Source: an uncultured Candidatus Saccharibacteria bacterium
GTDB taxonomy: Bacteria > Patescibacteriota > Minisyncoccia > UBA6257 > 1-14-0-10-44-23
Direction of reading: 5' to 3'
Assembly: GCA_964641225.1 (NCBI GenBank)
Contig: CAZXKC010000005.1
Coordinates: forward strand, 32,134-96,133
DNA: 64,000 nucleotides
Positions within the stretch are counted from its first letter, which is position 1. Each line of letters begins with the position of its first letter. Under the pieces are notes generated by a model, which made no database searches, was not told where the DNA came from, and saw only the letters and a list, made by a program, of their open reading frames with translations. A program made the position numbers and the translations under genes. Shown here piece after piece: positions 27,366-36,876 of this stretch.

Positions 27366-30020
27366 CTAGGCCGCCTCTTTTCTAAAGATCAATTTTGTCA
27401 GCTCTACGAGACAGATACTAACTAGGCCAAAGCCTACTACGCCTGCAAGCCAGATTGGCGGAAGGCTGACTGTATTAAAGTATTTTTGAAGGAATGGGAG
27501 GTATACGCCGGCAAGCGTAAGAGTAAAGCCGAATGCAACACTTATCGTTAAGTATAGATTAGAGAATGGGTTGTAGGTAAAAATACTCGCCTTTAGATTT
27601 CTAATTGATCCAAGTACAAAGAGCGTGCAGGTGCCAAGACATGCGTAGATAAAGGTGCTTGTCAGCAGCGGATCAAATCCCATTTTTAGTAATCCGTAGT
27701 AGATACAGAAAAGCAGGAAACTGTTGAGTACTCCGTTGATGCCAATAAGGTACCGCATCTCATTAGTAAACACTCCACGGGCGGATCGGTGATTTTTTCC
27801 ATCAATATTTTTTTCAAATGCCAGCGTAATGCCTGGACCGCTTTCCGTGAGGAAATTAATCCAAAGAATTTGTAGTGCATTGATTGGATTGGCGACACCC
27901 ATCAGGAGCGATCCGCCAATCAGAACGATTTCGTCTAAGATTGTTGATGTAAGATAGACAATTGCTTTTCGCAAATTACTCAAGATGCGCCTACCCTCGG
28001 TTACAGCGGCGACAATTGTTTCGAAGTTATCATCCAAAAGAACTAAATCAGCAACATCTTGGCTGACGTCAGTGCCGCTGCCCATTGCTACGCCAATATT
28101 TGCCTCGCGCAGCGCCGGTGCATCATTGATGCCGTCTCCGGTCATGGCTACGATCTCTCCTTGTTTTTGAAGGAGTTTGACGATGCGTAATTTTGCAGCC
28201 GGACTTACGCGCGCAACGATGCGTAATGTCTTCATCCGTTCAGTAAGGTCTTCGTCGCTGAGTGAATCAAATTCTGATCCGCGCATGCATTCGTTCGGGT
28301 TGGTAAGTATTCCGAGTTCTCGGGCTATAGCTGAAGCGGTTTCCTCGTGATCGCCGGTAACAATTATGACGCGGATGCCCAGTTTTTGAACTTCAGTAAT
28401 CGCCTTTGCGGCTCCGGGCCGCAACGGGTCTTTAAATGAAAGCATTCCCAAAAAACGCAGGCCGGCTAAATGGTCATTGTTTTTAAAATGGAATGAGTCC
28501 GGGTTAGTTATTTCTTTAACTGCAACGCCAATAACGCGCTCACCGCGAGTCGCCATTTCAGAAAGTGCGCTGGTGATTTTTAAGCGTTCAATTTCGTTCA
28601 AGTCAGATAATGTCAGTAAAATATCCGGCGCACCCAAGACAGTTAATACATACGGTTCTTTTGCTTTAAAGCGTGCGTTATACCAATTCGACGGCATTTT
28701 ATATACACTTGCCGAAAATTTATTAAGAGAACTAAACGGAAGAAGATGCAGCGCCTCTTTGCCCGCTTTAACTGTCGGGAAGTGCACGCCCTTACTTGCG
28801 GCCGCCTTGACTAGGGCAACCTCAAGCGGTTTACCGACAAGTTTCCAATTTGAATGATCCTCGCTTGGATTTTCTATAAGTGCATCAACGTTGAGGAGCG
28901 CGGCATGCAGTAAAAATGCCTCCTGGCTAATCGATTCTTTAATAGCCGGCTCTGCTTCAAAAATAGTGATAGCGGCAAGACTCATTTTTGCTTGTGTGAG
29001 CGTGCCGGTTTTGTCGGTCAAAATTACCGAGGTGCTTCCTAGTGTCTCTGCTGCGGTTAAGCGACGGACAATCCCTTTTCGTTTAGAAAGTCGCTGAACG
29101 CCGATTGCCAGAATGACCGTCGTGATAATGGGCAGTCCTTCTGGTACGGCGGCAACTAAGATTGCTACCGCGATTAAAAATGAATCCAGAAGCGGCAGCC
29201 CTCGACTTGCGGCAATAAAGAATAATCCGCCGCTCATCAGTAAAATTCCCGCGCCTGCTTTAAGCGTAAACGTTCGTAATGCCTTCTGTAGAGGAGTTTG
29301 TTCTGTTGCGGCATTTGCCACGGCTTTGGCAATACTGCCGAATTCAGTCGTGTCATCAGTGAGTGTGACAACTGCGTTGCCGACCCCGTCAGTTACCATG
29401 GTTCCTGCAAATGCCATACAGCGCCTGTCGCCCAGCTCCGCATCTTCCGTGACCTGCTGACTATTTTTTTCAACAGGCATTGACTCTCCTGTTAATACTG
29501 CCTGGTCAATTCGCAGGTCATTTGAATGAATGATGCGGACATCCGCCGGAATGCGTTCCCCTTGCGATAATTTAATAATATCGCCCGGTACCAACTCTGT
29601 AGTGTCGATTTCGTGATCTGCTCCATCGCGTAATACACGGATACGACTAGTTATATACGAAGTTAAGTGTTCTAGAGCACGTTCTGCTTTATTTTCTTGA
29701 TAAAAACCTAATCCAGCATTAACAAAAGCAGCCAAAAGAATAAATAATGCATCGTTGTAGTCACCCAGCCCTATGGTAATCACTCCGGCTATAAGTAGGA
29801 CTACGATTAAAGGGCTGGTGAATTGTGATGCGAGAATAGAGATGCGCGTTCGCGGTTTTGATGCGATGAGCGTATTAGGGCCAAGTTGCTCCAGGCGCTT
29901 GCTGGCTTCAGCAGTAGAAAGACCGCGCTCTGTTGTTTTTAATTCGGCGAGTGTTTGCGCAATCGAAAAAGACCAGAATGGTTTTTTTGCATCTACCTTT
30001 GCTGCAGGAAGCGGCGACAT
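27366..30020 (-). CDS. P-type cation-transporting ATPase (Ca2+/Mg2+ type, P2/P3)
   Basis: DKTGTLT phosphorylation site, TGES actuator motif, GDGINDAPAL hinge, about 10 TM segments; 884 aa. Confidence 0.9.
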   Translation of the reverse strand: MSPLPAAKVDAKKPFWSFSIAQTLAELKTTERGLSTAEASKRLEQLGPNTLIASKPRTRISILASQFTSPLIVVLLIAGVITIGLGDYNDALFILLAAFVNAGLGFYQENKAERALEHLTSYITSRIRVLRDGADHEIDTTELVPGDIIKLSQGERIPADVRIIHSNDLRIDQAVLTGESMPVEKNSQQVTEDAELGDRRCMAFAGTMVTDGVGNAVVTLTDDTTEFGSIAKAVANAATEQTPLQKALRTFTLKAGAGILLMSGGLFFIAASRGLPLLDSFLIAVAILVAAVPEGLPIITTVILAIGVQRLSKRKGIVRRLTAAETLGSTSVILTDKTGTLTQAKMSLAAITIFEAEPAIKESISQEAFLLHAALLNVDALIENPSEDHSNWKLVGKPLEVALVKAAASKGVHFPTVKAGKEALHLLPFSSLNKFSASVYKMPSNWYNARFKAKEPYVLTVLGAPDILLTLSDLNEIERLKITSALSEMATRGERVIGVAVKEITNPDSFHFKNNDHLAGLRFLGMLSFKDPLRPGAAKAITEVQKLGIRVIIVTGDHEETASAIARELGILTNPNECMRGSEFDSLSDEDLTERMKTLRIVARVSPAAKLRIVKLLQKQGEIVAMTGDGINDAPALREANIGVAMGSGTDVSQDVADLVLLDDNFETIVAAVTEGRRILSNLRKAIVYLTSTILDEIVLIGGSLLMGVANPINALQILWINFLTESGPGITLAFEKNIDGKNHRSARGVFTNEMRYLIGINGVLNSFLLFCIYYGLLKMGFDPLLTSTFIYACLGTCTLFVLGSIRNLKASIFTYNPFSNLYLTISVAFGFTLTLAGVYLPFLQKYFNTVSLPPIWLAGVVGFGLVSICLVELTKLIFRKEAA

Positions 30021-30204
30021 ATGTGAGCTTACAGTCCGCGCTTCTTAAGCTCTTCGGCGACAATTTTCCGTACCATGTCCTCCATTGCTGATTGAGCGGC
30101 CTTTGCCTGTTCCATCATTTCTTTAATTTCAGCTGGTGACTTACCGGCCATCATCTGCTGTGCAGCTTTTACTTGATCAAAAAATCCCATATGTTTTTAT
30201 TACA

Positions 30205-30729
30205 TTAATTATTAGATGGAAACAGTGTCGGTGTTAGGTACTTTACCACAAGCTCATTAAATTTTTCAATTAACGTATCGGAAATTCGTAGTTCGTTCAT
30301 GCTTTGAAGTGGCGCGGTGATTATGTTACCTTGCTTTGAAATAAAGGGGGCGTGAGAAATTCGAAAATAGGGCTTTTCTGAACAATTTACGAAAACTATA
30401 AGTGTCTCCTGCCAGAGCTCGCCCAATTTGCGCAGTTTTTTAATATCATTTTCGTGACCGTCCGGGTGCCAGCGGAATTTTACGTCAATAAGGTAGGGTT
30501 TTCCTTTGCTGCCAACAACTAAAAAATCCGGAATTGCACGTAGCTTTATACCTATCTCTGGATGACGCTCCAGCATATCCTCAATGGCAAGCGTTTGAGG
30601 TAGGACGCTTTGGTGTCCAATTGGATAGACATCGTTGCCGGATTCCAGCAGTAGATCGGCAACAAGTGACTGGGCCATGCGAGCCTTGAGGTTAGTTTCG
30701 CGCCTATCTTGTTCTTTTGTGCGCTTCAT
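30205..30729 (-). CDS. PD-(D/E)xK nuclease-superfamily protein (restriction endonuclease-like fold), function unknown
   Basis: Motifs in order: AIEDM (E), IPDFLVV (PD), YLIDVKFR (D-x-K); 174 aa. Confidence 0.5.
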   Translation of the reverse strand: MKRTKEQDRRETNLKARMAQSLVADLLLESGNDVYPIGHQSVLPQTLAIEDMLERHPEIGIKLRAIPDFLVVGSKGKPYLIDVKFRWHPDGHENDIKKLRKLGELWQETLIVFVNCSEKPYFRISHAPFISKQGNIITAPLQSMNELRISDTLIEKFNELVVKYLTPTLFPSNN

Positions 30730-30762
30730 ATGGGCAGTTTAACATAAACGCAAAGGGGCCTG

Positions 30763-31278
30763 TTAGGGCCCCGCGTTGCTGTTTGGCGTCTCTACGCCGA
30801 AGATTCGATTCGATATGATGATCAGAAAACTGAGTACCAGTGAGAGTATGGGCGAGGCTACGAGCACCGGCCATGCAATCGCAATTGCTTGTTCTGCGCT
30901 GATCTTCGAAATCACCTCCAGGGAAATTATCAGTGGCACAAACTGAGTCATGACATAGCAGATGTAGTCTGCTGACAAAATCAAAACCATTTTCAGTCGT
31001 CCATCTCGCGTCCTGCAGAGTTGGGCGTATAGACAGAGCGTCTCCCGAATTCTTGACGACCCGTTCTTCTGAAGCTCTACGCCGAATAGCCGAGTGACTG
31101 GCTGACGAAACATGCGGTCATAGATGATGAGCAAGATCCATCCCAAGGCGAGCGAACACAGACTGGTTGCCAGTGCGGTATTGGCGATGATGCCACCGCG
31201 CCAGACATTCCAGACAATCCCTGCCAGTAGCGAAATGATGCAGACCAGCAAGGAGGACAGTATTTGTCTAGCAAGCAC
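30763..31278 (-). CDS. Hypothetical membrane protein (4-5 TM)
   Basis: 171-aa hydrophobic ORF. Confidence 0.45.
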   Translation of the reverse strand: MLARQILSSLLVCIISLLAGIVWNVWRGGIIANTALATSLCSLALGWILLIIYDRMFRQPVTRLFGVELQKNGSSRIRETLCLYAQLCRTRDGRLKMVLILSADYICYVMTQFVPLIISLEVISKISAEQAIAIAWPVLVASPILSLVLSFLIIISNRIFGVETPNSNAGP

Positions 31279-31449
31279 GTTCTACCCTGCTTTCTGTGTA
31301 GGGTCCTTAAAAAAACGAAAGGCACCACAAGGCGCCTAAATCAATACTAGCAAAAAAAGTTAACAAAATCAATTGGAGTTCAAAAATGAGTTAGGACCCT
31401 CTTACGCGGGGTCCCTTTACGGCTCCTTGTGGGAGCGGTGCTGCGACGA

Positions 31450-31791
31450 CTACTCGCTCGCCGGCGCCTCGAGAGGCGGTATCGGACCGTCGTAGTCGGT
31501 CACCGTGAACTCGACGTAGGCGCTGGTCTTCGGATCGCTCGTGACGCAGAGCATGTGCCCCTTCGTGGTGATGGTCAGCACGTAGTCGAATGATGTGCCG
31601 TTCCCCTGGGCCTTGACGGACTGGATCCGGGAAGTCCGACCCGGTCCGGTGTTGTCGGGAATGGATTCCACCGTCAATTCGGCATCTCCTCCAGCCAGGA
31701 GGATCTTGCCCTGCACACGGACCGCTCGCGTATTTGCCGCGAAGATCGGGTGCTTCTGGGCACCGGGAGGTATCAGGAAACAGTGCTGCAT
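31450..31791 (-). CDS. High-GC (~62%) small hypothetical protein (113 aa); foreign cassette
   Basis: ATG at 31789-31791 (MQHCFLIPPG...) is preceded by AAGGAG. The track's 31848 GTG start reads through the SD. A TTGCAA-17/18-TATAAT promoter lies at 31902-31931 (minus strand). A terminator hairpin GGGACCCCGCG...GGGTCC + T-run lies downstream (31385-31420). Confidence 0.5.
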   Translation of the reverse strand: MQHCFLIPPGAQKHPIFAANTRAVRVQGKILLAGGDAELTVESIPDNTGPGRTSRIQSVKAQGNGTSFDYVLTITTKGHMLCVTSDPKTSAYVEFTVTDYDGPIPPLEAPASE

Positions 31792-31972
31792 CGCACACAA
31801 CTCCTTCTGTTCCACGATTTCTAGCCTCCTAGAATATATGTGAAGCACGAATGTGCTTACTTTTTACATACACAAAATAAGCCAGATTTAAGTGGATACA
31901 TATTATAAACATATTTTAAAATTATTTGCAATAAATCGAGTTCTTAAGCTCCTGATACGAGAATTCTTTCTA

Positions 31973-32045
31973 GGTGGACCTGGGGAGAATCGGACTCCCC
32001 CCTCCTCCTTGCAAAGGAGGCGTTCTACCACTGAACTACAGGCCC
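31973..32045 (-). tRNA. tRNA-Cys (anticodon GCA)
   Basis: Reverse complement: GGGCCTG-TA-GTTC-AGTGGTA-GAAC-G-CCTCC-TTTGCAAG... with T-arm GGGAG-TCCGATT-CTCCC, acceptor CAGGTCC, discriminator A, CC. Confidence 0.85.
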
Positions 32046-32082
32046 GGGATAAAGAAAACAATAAACTAAAAACGATAAACAA

Positions 32083-32997
32083 TCAAGATTGAATTGTTTT
32101 AAAATATTCTAGGGTTGCTTCTAAGGTGCGGTCGGCTCCGAGACGAATACAGGTGTGTTTTTCGCATAACTTTTTAAGCGTTTCGTGATCATGGTCAAAT
32201 AAAAATTGCCAACGTGTCGGATCAACGAGTGTCAGTGCTGCAAATGGGCCGTATTCAGGAAGTTCATTTTTCAGATTATTTACTGCGCATAGCGCATGAT
32301 ATGCCTGCTCACGCGGTAATTCGTAGTGCGTGCATTTATCGCCGGAAGTTAATATAAAAAGGTTACCAATCGCCTGTGGTGTAAGAGTTGAACACTGCGC
32401 TTGCGGGAACGGGAATAACCGTTCTCCGTCAGTTAATACTATATCCCGCGAAAGAATTTCCGCACCCAATTCTTTCTGTAATGCGCGTATAAGCATATTT
32501 GTATCTTCTGTTGATATTCCGGCGACTACATGGGCCTGCGGGCCACCGAGTTTGAATGCAGTTGCCGATAGCGCCGTTACGTTCCAGCGGAGTGCTAACT
32601 GCATACAAATGAGATTTCGGATGAATGTATTTACTTTTTCAAATGCCGCTGTATTGTTCGGTCGGTGAAATAAACGGACAGTGCTACTAATGCCAATTTC
32701 GCAATACCAGGGAGCGCTAAGCGTAATTCGCGTTTCAAATTCTCCTTCTAAGATATAGACGGTGTTGTTTTGTCCGTCCCATCCAATTCCCCTTCCAAGA
32801 GTTTGCGGTGTATAGGCTTGATTTTTGTTTTTTGAAAATTGTTCTGAGGTTGTCACTGAAACAGTAATATCACTGGCCTCTGCGGTTAGCCTTTCGAAAC
32901 CAATAAAATAGTTTTGAGCTGCCTGCTGATACGCGGCATCGTGACTTGTAATAGATAGGCTAATTCCGTGAACTAAATATTTCTGTATTTTCGACAT
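32083..32997 (-). CDS. Hypothetical protein (304 aa)
   Basis: ORF only; no confident motif. Confidence 0.45.
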   Translation of the reverse strand: MSKIQKYLVHGISLSITSHDAAYQQAAQNYFIGFERLTAEASDITVSVTTSEQFSKNKNQAYTPQTLGRGIGWDGQNNTVYILEGEFETRITLSAPWYCEIGISSTVRLFHRPNNTAAFEKVNTFIRNLICMQLALRWNVTALSATAFKLGGPQAHVVAGISTEDTNMLIRALQKELGAEILSRDIVLTDGERLFPFPQAQCSTLTPQAIGNLFILTSGDKCTHYELPREQAYHALCAVNNLKNELPEYGPFAALTLVDPTRWQFLFDHDHETLKKLCEKHTCIRLGADRTLEATLEYFKTIQS

Positions 32998-33058
32998 TCT
33001 TTTAAATTCAAAGTCGTTTGATAGAACTGGTAAAATCGGCTAGTCTTTAGCATATCAG

Positions 33059-34513
33059 ATGGCAAGCAAATTAAAATCGTTTTTCCTCGAAAATACCTCC
33101 TTACGTCAAACTGTATTTAAAAATACGTTTTGGCTTTCGGCAGCACAGGTCATCAGCCGTATCATTCGAGCGGCCATCATTATATATGCCGCCAGGCTGC
33201 TCGGGGCATCAGACTATGGTGTGTTCTCGTATGCTTTGAGTTTAGTTGGATTTTTCACCATCTTTGCCGACCTTGGCCTAACGTGGCTTCTTACGCGTGA
33301 AGCATCAAAGCCAGAACAATTGCCTACAAGCTATCTACTCGCAGCGCTCTTTCTTAAGTTACTACTTGTACTTATAAGTATGGCGCTGCTCGTTTTTGTT
33401 GCTCCGTTATTTATTACTATACCGGGTACCGCATTATTATTGCCGATCGCCGCGTTTGTAATGGCGTTTGATAGCTTAAGGATTTTTTTCTTTTCGCTTA
33501 CTCGTGCCCGACAGATAATGCAAACAGAAGCCTTTATTACCATACTCACCAATACTGCAATCGCTATTTTCGCTTTGATTGGTCTCGCAAGTGCTCCATC
33601 GAGTAAGGCTTTGATGTTTGCATATGCGCTCGGGACCGCAATTGGGTTTTTGATCGCTGCAATTTTTATCGGCAAAGAATTTATACGCGCACCCGGCGTT
33701 TCAAGGAGTTTATTTGTTACTTTACTGCGAAATGCATGGCCGTTCGCACTTATGGGTATTCTTGCCGGTGTAATGGTTAATATGGATACACTGATGCTCG
33801 GGTGGTTTATGGGCAGCCGTGAGGTGGGGCTTTATGGTGCAGCGCAACGACCCATTCTATTACTTTACGCAGTCCCAACTTTTTTCTCTACAAGCTTATT
33901 CCCTCTGTTTGCAAAGTATGCATACAACAATGCAGAGAAATTCAGGCGCATACTAGAAACAAGTTTAACCTTTTGTATTGCTGCTGTTTTACCGATCGTT
34001 GTTGGCGGAGTTATAGTTGCGCGCGAGCTAACTCTTCTGATCTATGGCCCTCAATTTTCTGAGGCGGCCGTTGCTTTTCGCATCCTACTTTTAACACTGC
34101 CAGCAATTTTTACTATTTTTATAGTTAGCGATGCGATTGTTTCCTATAACGGTCAGAAGAAATTTTTTATTTACAATTCACTGGGAGCCTTAAGCGACAT
34201 TATTCTTAACCTCATTCTTATTCCTAAGTTTGGCATCATGGGTGCTGCACTTTCTACGGTAGCTACTCAAATCATCACCGGGATTATTCTTTGGCGGCTA
34301 CTCAAGCGCCATATACCCTTCTCTGTGCTGCCGCGGCTGAATAAGATATTTGTAGCAACATTTATAATGGGAATTGCTGTATACGCACTATCGCTTACCG
34401 GCATTTCTGTTGTTTTTATAGTGATTGCAAGTTGCATTCTCTATGCAGGACTCCTATTTATCTTAAAAGAACCCCTTATAGGGGAGGTTAAGGCGGTGTT
34501 TAAGCGAGGTTAA
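33059..34513 (+). CDS. wzx: Oligosaccharide flippase (Wzx, MOP superfamily)
   Basis: 484 aa, about 12-14 TM helices, conserved polysaccharide-biosynthesis-protein N-terminal pattern (NTxWLxxAQVISRxxRAAIIIYAARLLG). Confidence 0.8.
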   Translation: MASKLKSFFLENTSLRQTVFKNTFWLSAAQVISRIIRAAIIIYAARLLGASDYGVFSYALSLVGFFTIFADLGLTWLLTREASKPEQLPTSYLLAALFLKLLLVLISMALLVFVAPLFITIPGTALLLPIAAFVMAFDSLRIFFFSLTRARQIMQTEAFITILTNTAIAIFALIGLASAPSSKALMFAYALGTAIGFLIAAIFIGKEFIRAPGVSRSLFVTLLRNAWPFALMGILAGVMVNMDTLMLGWFMGSREVGLYGAAQRPILLLYAVPTFFSTSLFPLFAKYAYNNAEKFRRILETSLTFCIAAVLPIVVGGVIVARELTLLIYGPQFSEAAVAFRILLLTLPAIFTIFIVSDAIVSYNGQKKFFIYNSLGALSDIILNLILIPKFGIMGAALSTVATQIITGIILWRLLKRHIPFSVLPRLNKIFVATFIMGIAVYALSLTGISVVFIVIASCILYAGLLFILKEPLIGEVKAVFKRG

Positions 34514-34517
34514 TGCC

Positions 34518-35615
34518 ATGAAGATTGTTTTTATTTTTAATTCTCTGACCGCTGAGTTTGGCGCCGATCTTTTAACCGCATTTCCAAAAACAGATGAGGT
34601 TATTTTTATTTCTCTACTTGAGAATGGGCCGTCAATAGCTACATTAACAGAACATAGGATTAAGGTTTTTAACCTTAACGGATTTCATGGGTATTCTAAA
34701 AGTTCTCGATTGCGTGGGTTGAGATTGCTATTGCGACTACCGAAACTTGTACGACAGGTACGGGATATTTTAAAAATAATTTCACCTGAAGTAGTGCATA
34801 CAAATTTTTGGCTTTCGGATATCGTAGGTATTCTTGCAGCACGTAATCTTGTTGTAAAAATTTTTTCTACTCAACATGATGAAGTGAGCGTGCCTCTTTT
34901 TATACGTGTTCTCAAAATGCGCCTGTTGCGTCGTGTAACCAAAGTTGTTGCAATTTCAAATTCCGTTGCTAACTTTACTCAACATTATTTTTCTGTTCCT
35001 GCATCTAAAGTTGTCGTCATTAAAAATGGAATAAAAATTGACTCATTTGCTTCTGCTATCCGCCCGGAAAATGAGTGGCAGCCGATCCTTGGAATCGTTG
35101 CTCGCCTCGAATTAATTAAAGGGCATGAATATTTATTTCGTGCGCTCGCCTTGCTTAAAAAGCAAGGTGTCGTTTTGCCACGCTTAGAAATTGTCGGTCA
35201 GGGTTCGCAAGGAAAATTTCTTAGAACTCTTGCAGTGGAGCTAGACATTATTTCTTCGATTGTTTTTTGCGGTTATAATGCGAATATTATCGCCGAATTA
35301 CGCAAGATAGATATCCTTATACAGCCTTCCGTATCTGAAGGTTTAGGTATTAGTATTATCGAAGGCCTTGCGAGTCAAAAGCTTATTATCGGTAGTGATG
35401 TAGGTGGCATTCCGGAACTCATTAAAAATCATCAAACGGGTTTGCTTATCGAGCCCGCAAACTTTGAGAGTTTAGCGAATGCCCTTGTATGGGCAATTAC
35501 TCATCGCGCCGATGCTTTGAAGCTGGCCTCTAACGGACACCGGTGGCTACTTGAGAATAAAAATATGTTTGATATCCATTCGACGGCTATGGCATACCGT
35601 AAACTTTATGAATAA
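34518..35615 (+). CDS. Glycosyltransferase family 4
   Basis: C-terminal GT4 nucleotide-sugar binding motif EGLGISIIEGLASQKLIIGSDVGGIPELI. Confidence 0.85.
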   Translation: MKIVFIFNSLTAEFGADLLTAFPKTDEVIFISLLENGPSIATLTEHRIKVFNLNGFHGYSKSSRLRGLRLLLRLPKLVRQVRDILKIISPEVVHTNFWLSDIVGILAARNLVVKIFSTQHDEVSVPLFIRVLKMRLLRRVTKVVAISNSVANFTQHYFSVPASKVVVIKNGIKIDSFASAIRPENEWQPILGIVARLELIKGHEYLFRALALLKKQGVVLPRLEIVGQGSQGKFLRTLAVELDIISSIVFCGYNANIIAELRKIDILIQPSVSEGLGISIIEGLASQKLIIGSDVGGIPELIKNHQTGLLIEPANFESLANALVWAITHRADALKLASNGHRWLLENKNMFDIHSTAMAYRKLYE

Positions 35616-36876
35616 AAAAGTACTTTTTGTTTCTTCATATGCGCCTCCTGCGATCGGAGGGCCTAATAATCTTTACTGTCTTTTGCGCGACACTACGCCA
35701 AATGAACTTGATTACACTATTCTGACAAGCTTCTACAACATCGACGCATTGTCTGCGAAAGTTGGCAACTGGTTGCCAGGAGATTATGCATTTTACGATA
35801 AGCCGTCTGCAACAAAACAGCAGGCGCAAAACCCTTTAGCTACAAAAGACGGACAGTTAGGACGTAGTGCTATTAGGAAACTAAAACACCTCATGAAGCG
35901 GACGGCATTTATTGCTACGCTTGCGGGCATTCCGGTCATTTTTTCGCAAATTCTGGCTATCTATCGTGCCGGTAAAAAAGTGTCCAATGCAAGAGGTAGC
36001 GAAATTATTATGGCATTTTCTGATTACGGACCGGCCGTCCTCGGTAGCTATTTCTTACATAAGAAAACCAAGATACCGCTTTATCTTTTTATGTTTGATA
36101 TCTATTACGGCAATCATTTTCCTTTTCCTGGCGGATTGCTTTCGCGTATTTTCGAACCCAAGCTTTTCCGGACAGCAGAAAAGATCGTGGTTACTAATGA
36201 GGGAACTAAAGAATTTTACGTAAAGAGATACGGCGCACAGATTGCTGATAAGATTTTTGTAATTCATAACGCGGCATTCGGCGGAGCATACCGAGAACTC
36301 CAAGCACCATACAATCCGAAGCCTCCTTATACTATTCTTTTTACGGGACGTATTGGTTGGCCTCAGATTGGCGCACTAAAAAATTTCGTTAAAGCAATTG
36401 AGCTAATGGATGACTCGAATATTAGACTTAAATTTTACTGTCCGAACCCGAAAGAATATGTGCAACGCATGGGTCTTGCAAGTCCGAAAATCGAGTGGTC
36501 AGTGGCCGCGCCGAAAGATATACCGGCGATCCAGAGTAAGGCAGATATCCTTTTCCTTCCTCTTTCTTGGGGTACCAAGGGCCAAATGATTATTGATACT
36601 GCTACTCCGGGGAAGTTGACTGACTATCTTGCTGCTGGTAGGCCGATTCTGATCCACGCTCCTGCGAGCTCCACGCTTGTTGCGTATGCTAAAAAACGGC
36701 AGTTTGCTCGCGTTGTTGACGATGAAAACATTGAGCACCTCCAAGTCGCCATCAGGGACATTTTAAGTGATGTCCCGCAGAGTCAAAAATTTATCAATAA
36801 TGCCCTAAAGACGTTCGATGAAAATCATGAAGCTGGTACTAATGCTCGGAAATTCCTTACGCTTTTTAAGCGTTAG
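35608..36876 (+). CDS. Glycosyltransferase-like protein (GT4/GT-B fold, divergent)
   Basis: Start taken at the ATG at 35608 (MNKKVLFVSSYAPP), overlapping the upstream stop (ATGAATAA). GT-B-like C-terminal domain. Confidence 0.55.
   Translation: MNKKVLFVSSYAPPAIGGPNNLYCLLRDTTPNELDYTILTSFYNIDALSAKVGNWLPGDYAFYDKPSATKQQAQNPLATKDGQLGRSAIRKLKHLMKRTAFIATLAGIPVIFSQILAIYRAGKKVSNARGSEIIMAFSDYGPAVLGSYFLHKKTKIPLYLFMFDIYYGNHFPFPGGLLSRIFEPKLFRTAEKIVVTNEGTKEFYVKRYGAQIADKIFVIHNAAFGGAYRELQAPYNPKPPYTILFTGRIGWPQIGALKNFVKAIELMDDSNIRLKFYCPNPKEYVQRMGLASPKIEWSVAAPKDIPAIQSKADILFLPLSWGTKGQMIIDTATPGKLTDYLAAGRPILIHAPASSTLVAYAKKRQFARVVDDENIEHLQVAIRDILSDVPQSQKFINNALKTFDENHEAGTNARKFLTLFKR

Noticed and set aside
30028-30190. 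Small ORF upstream of the P-type ATPase (…MMAGKSPAEIKEMMEQAKAAQSAMEDMVRKIVAEELKKRGL)
   Set aside because: The frame with this translation has no ATG at its 5' end. An A7 run causes an immediate stop in the ATG frame. It is too uncertain to call, and is possibly a frameshifted remnant.
31391-31848. ORFs 31391-31798 (-) and the 31848 GTG start for the high-GC gene
   Set aside because: The alternative-frame ORF is a GC artefact. The 31848 GTG start reads through the gene's own SD sequences, and the ATG at 31791 with AAGGAG is the plausible start.
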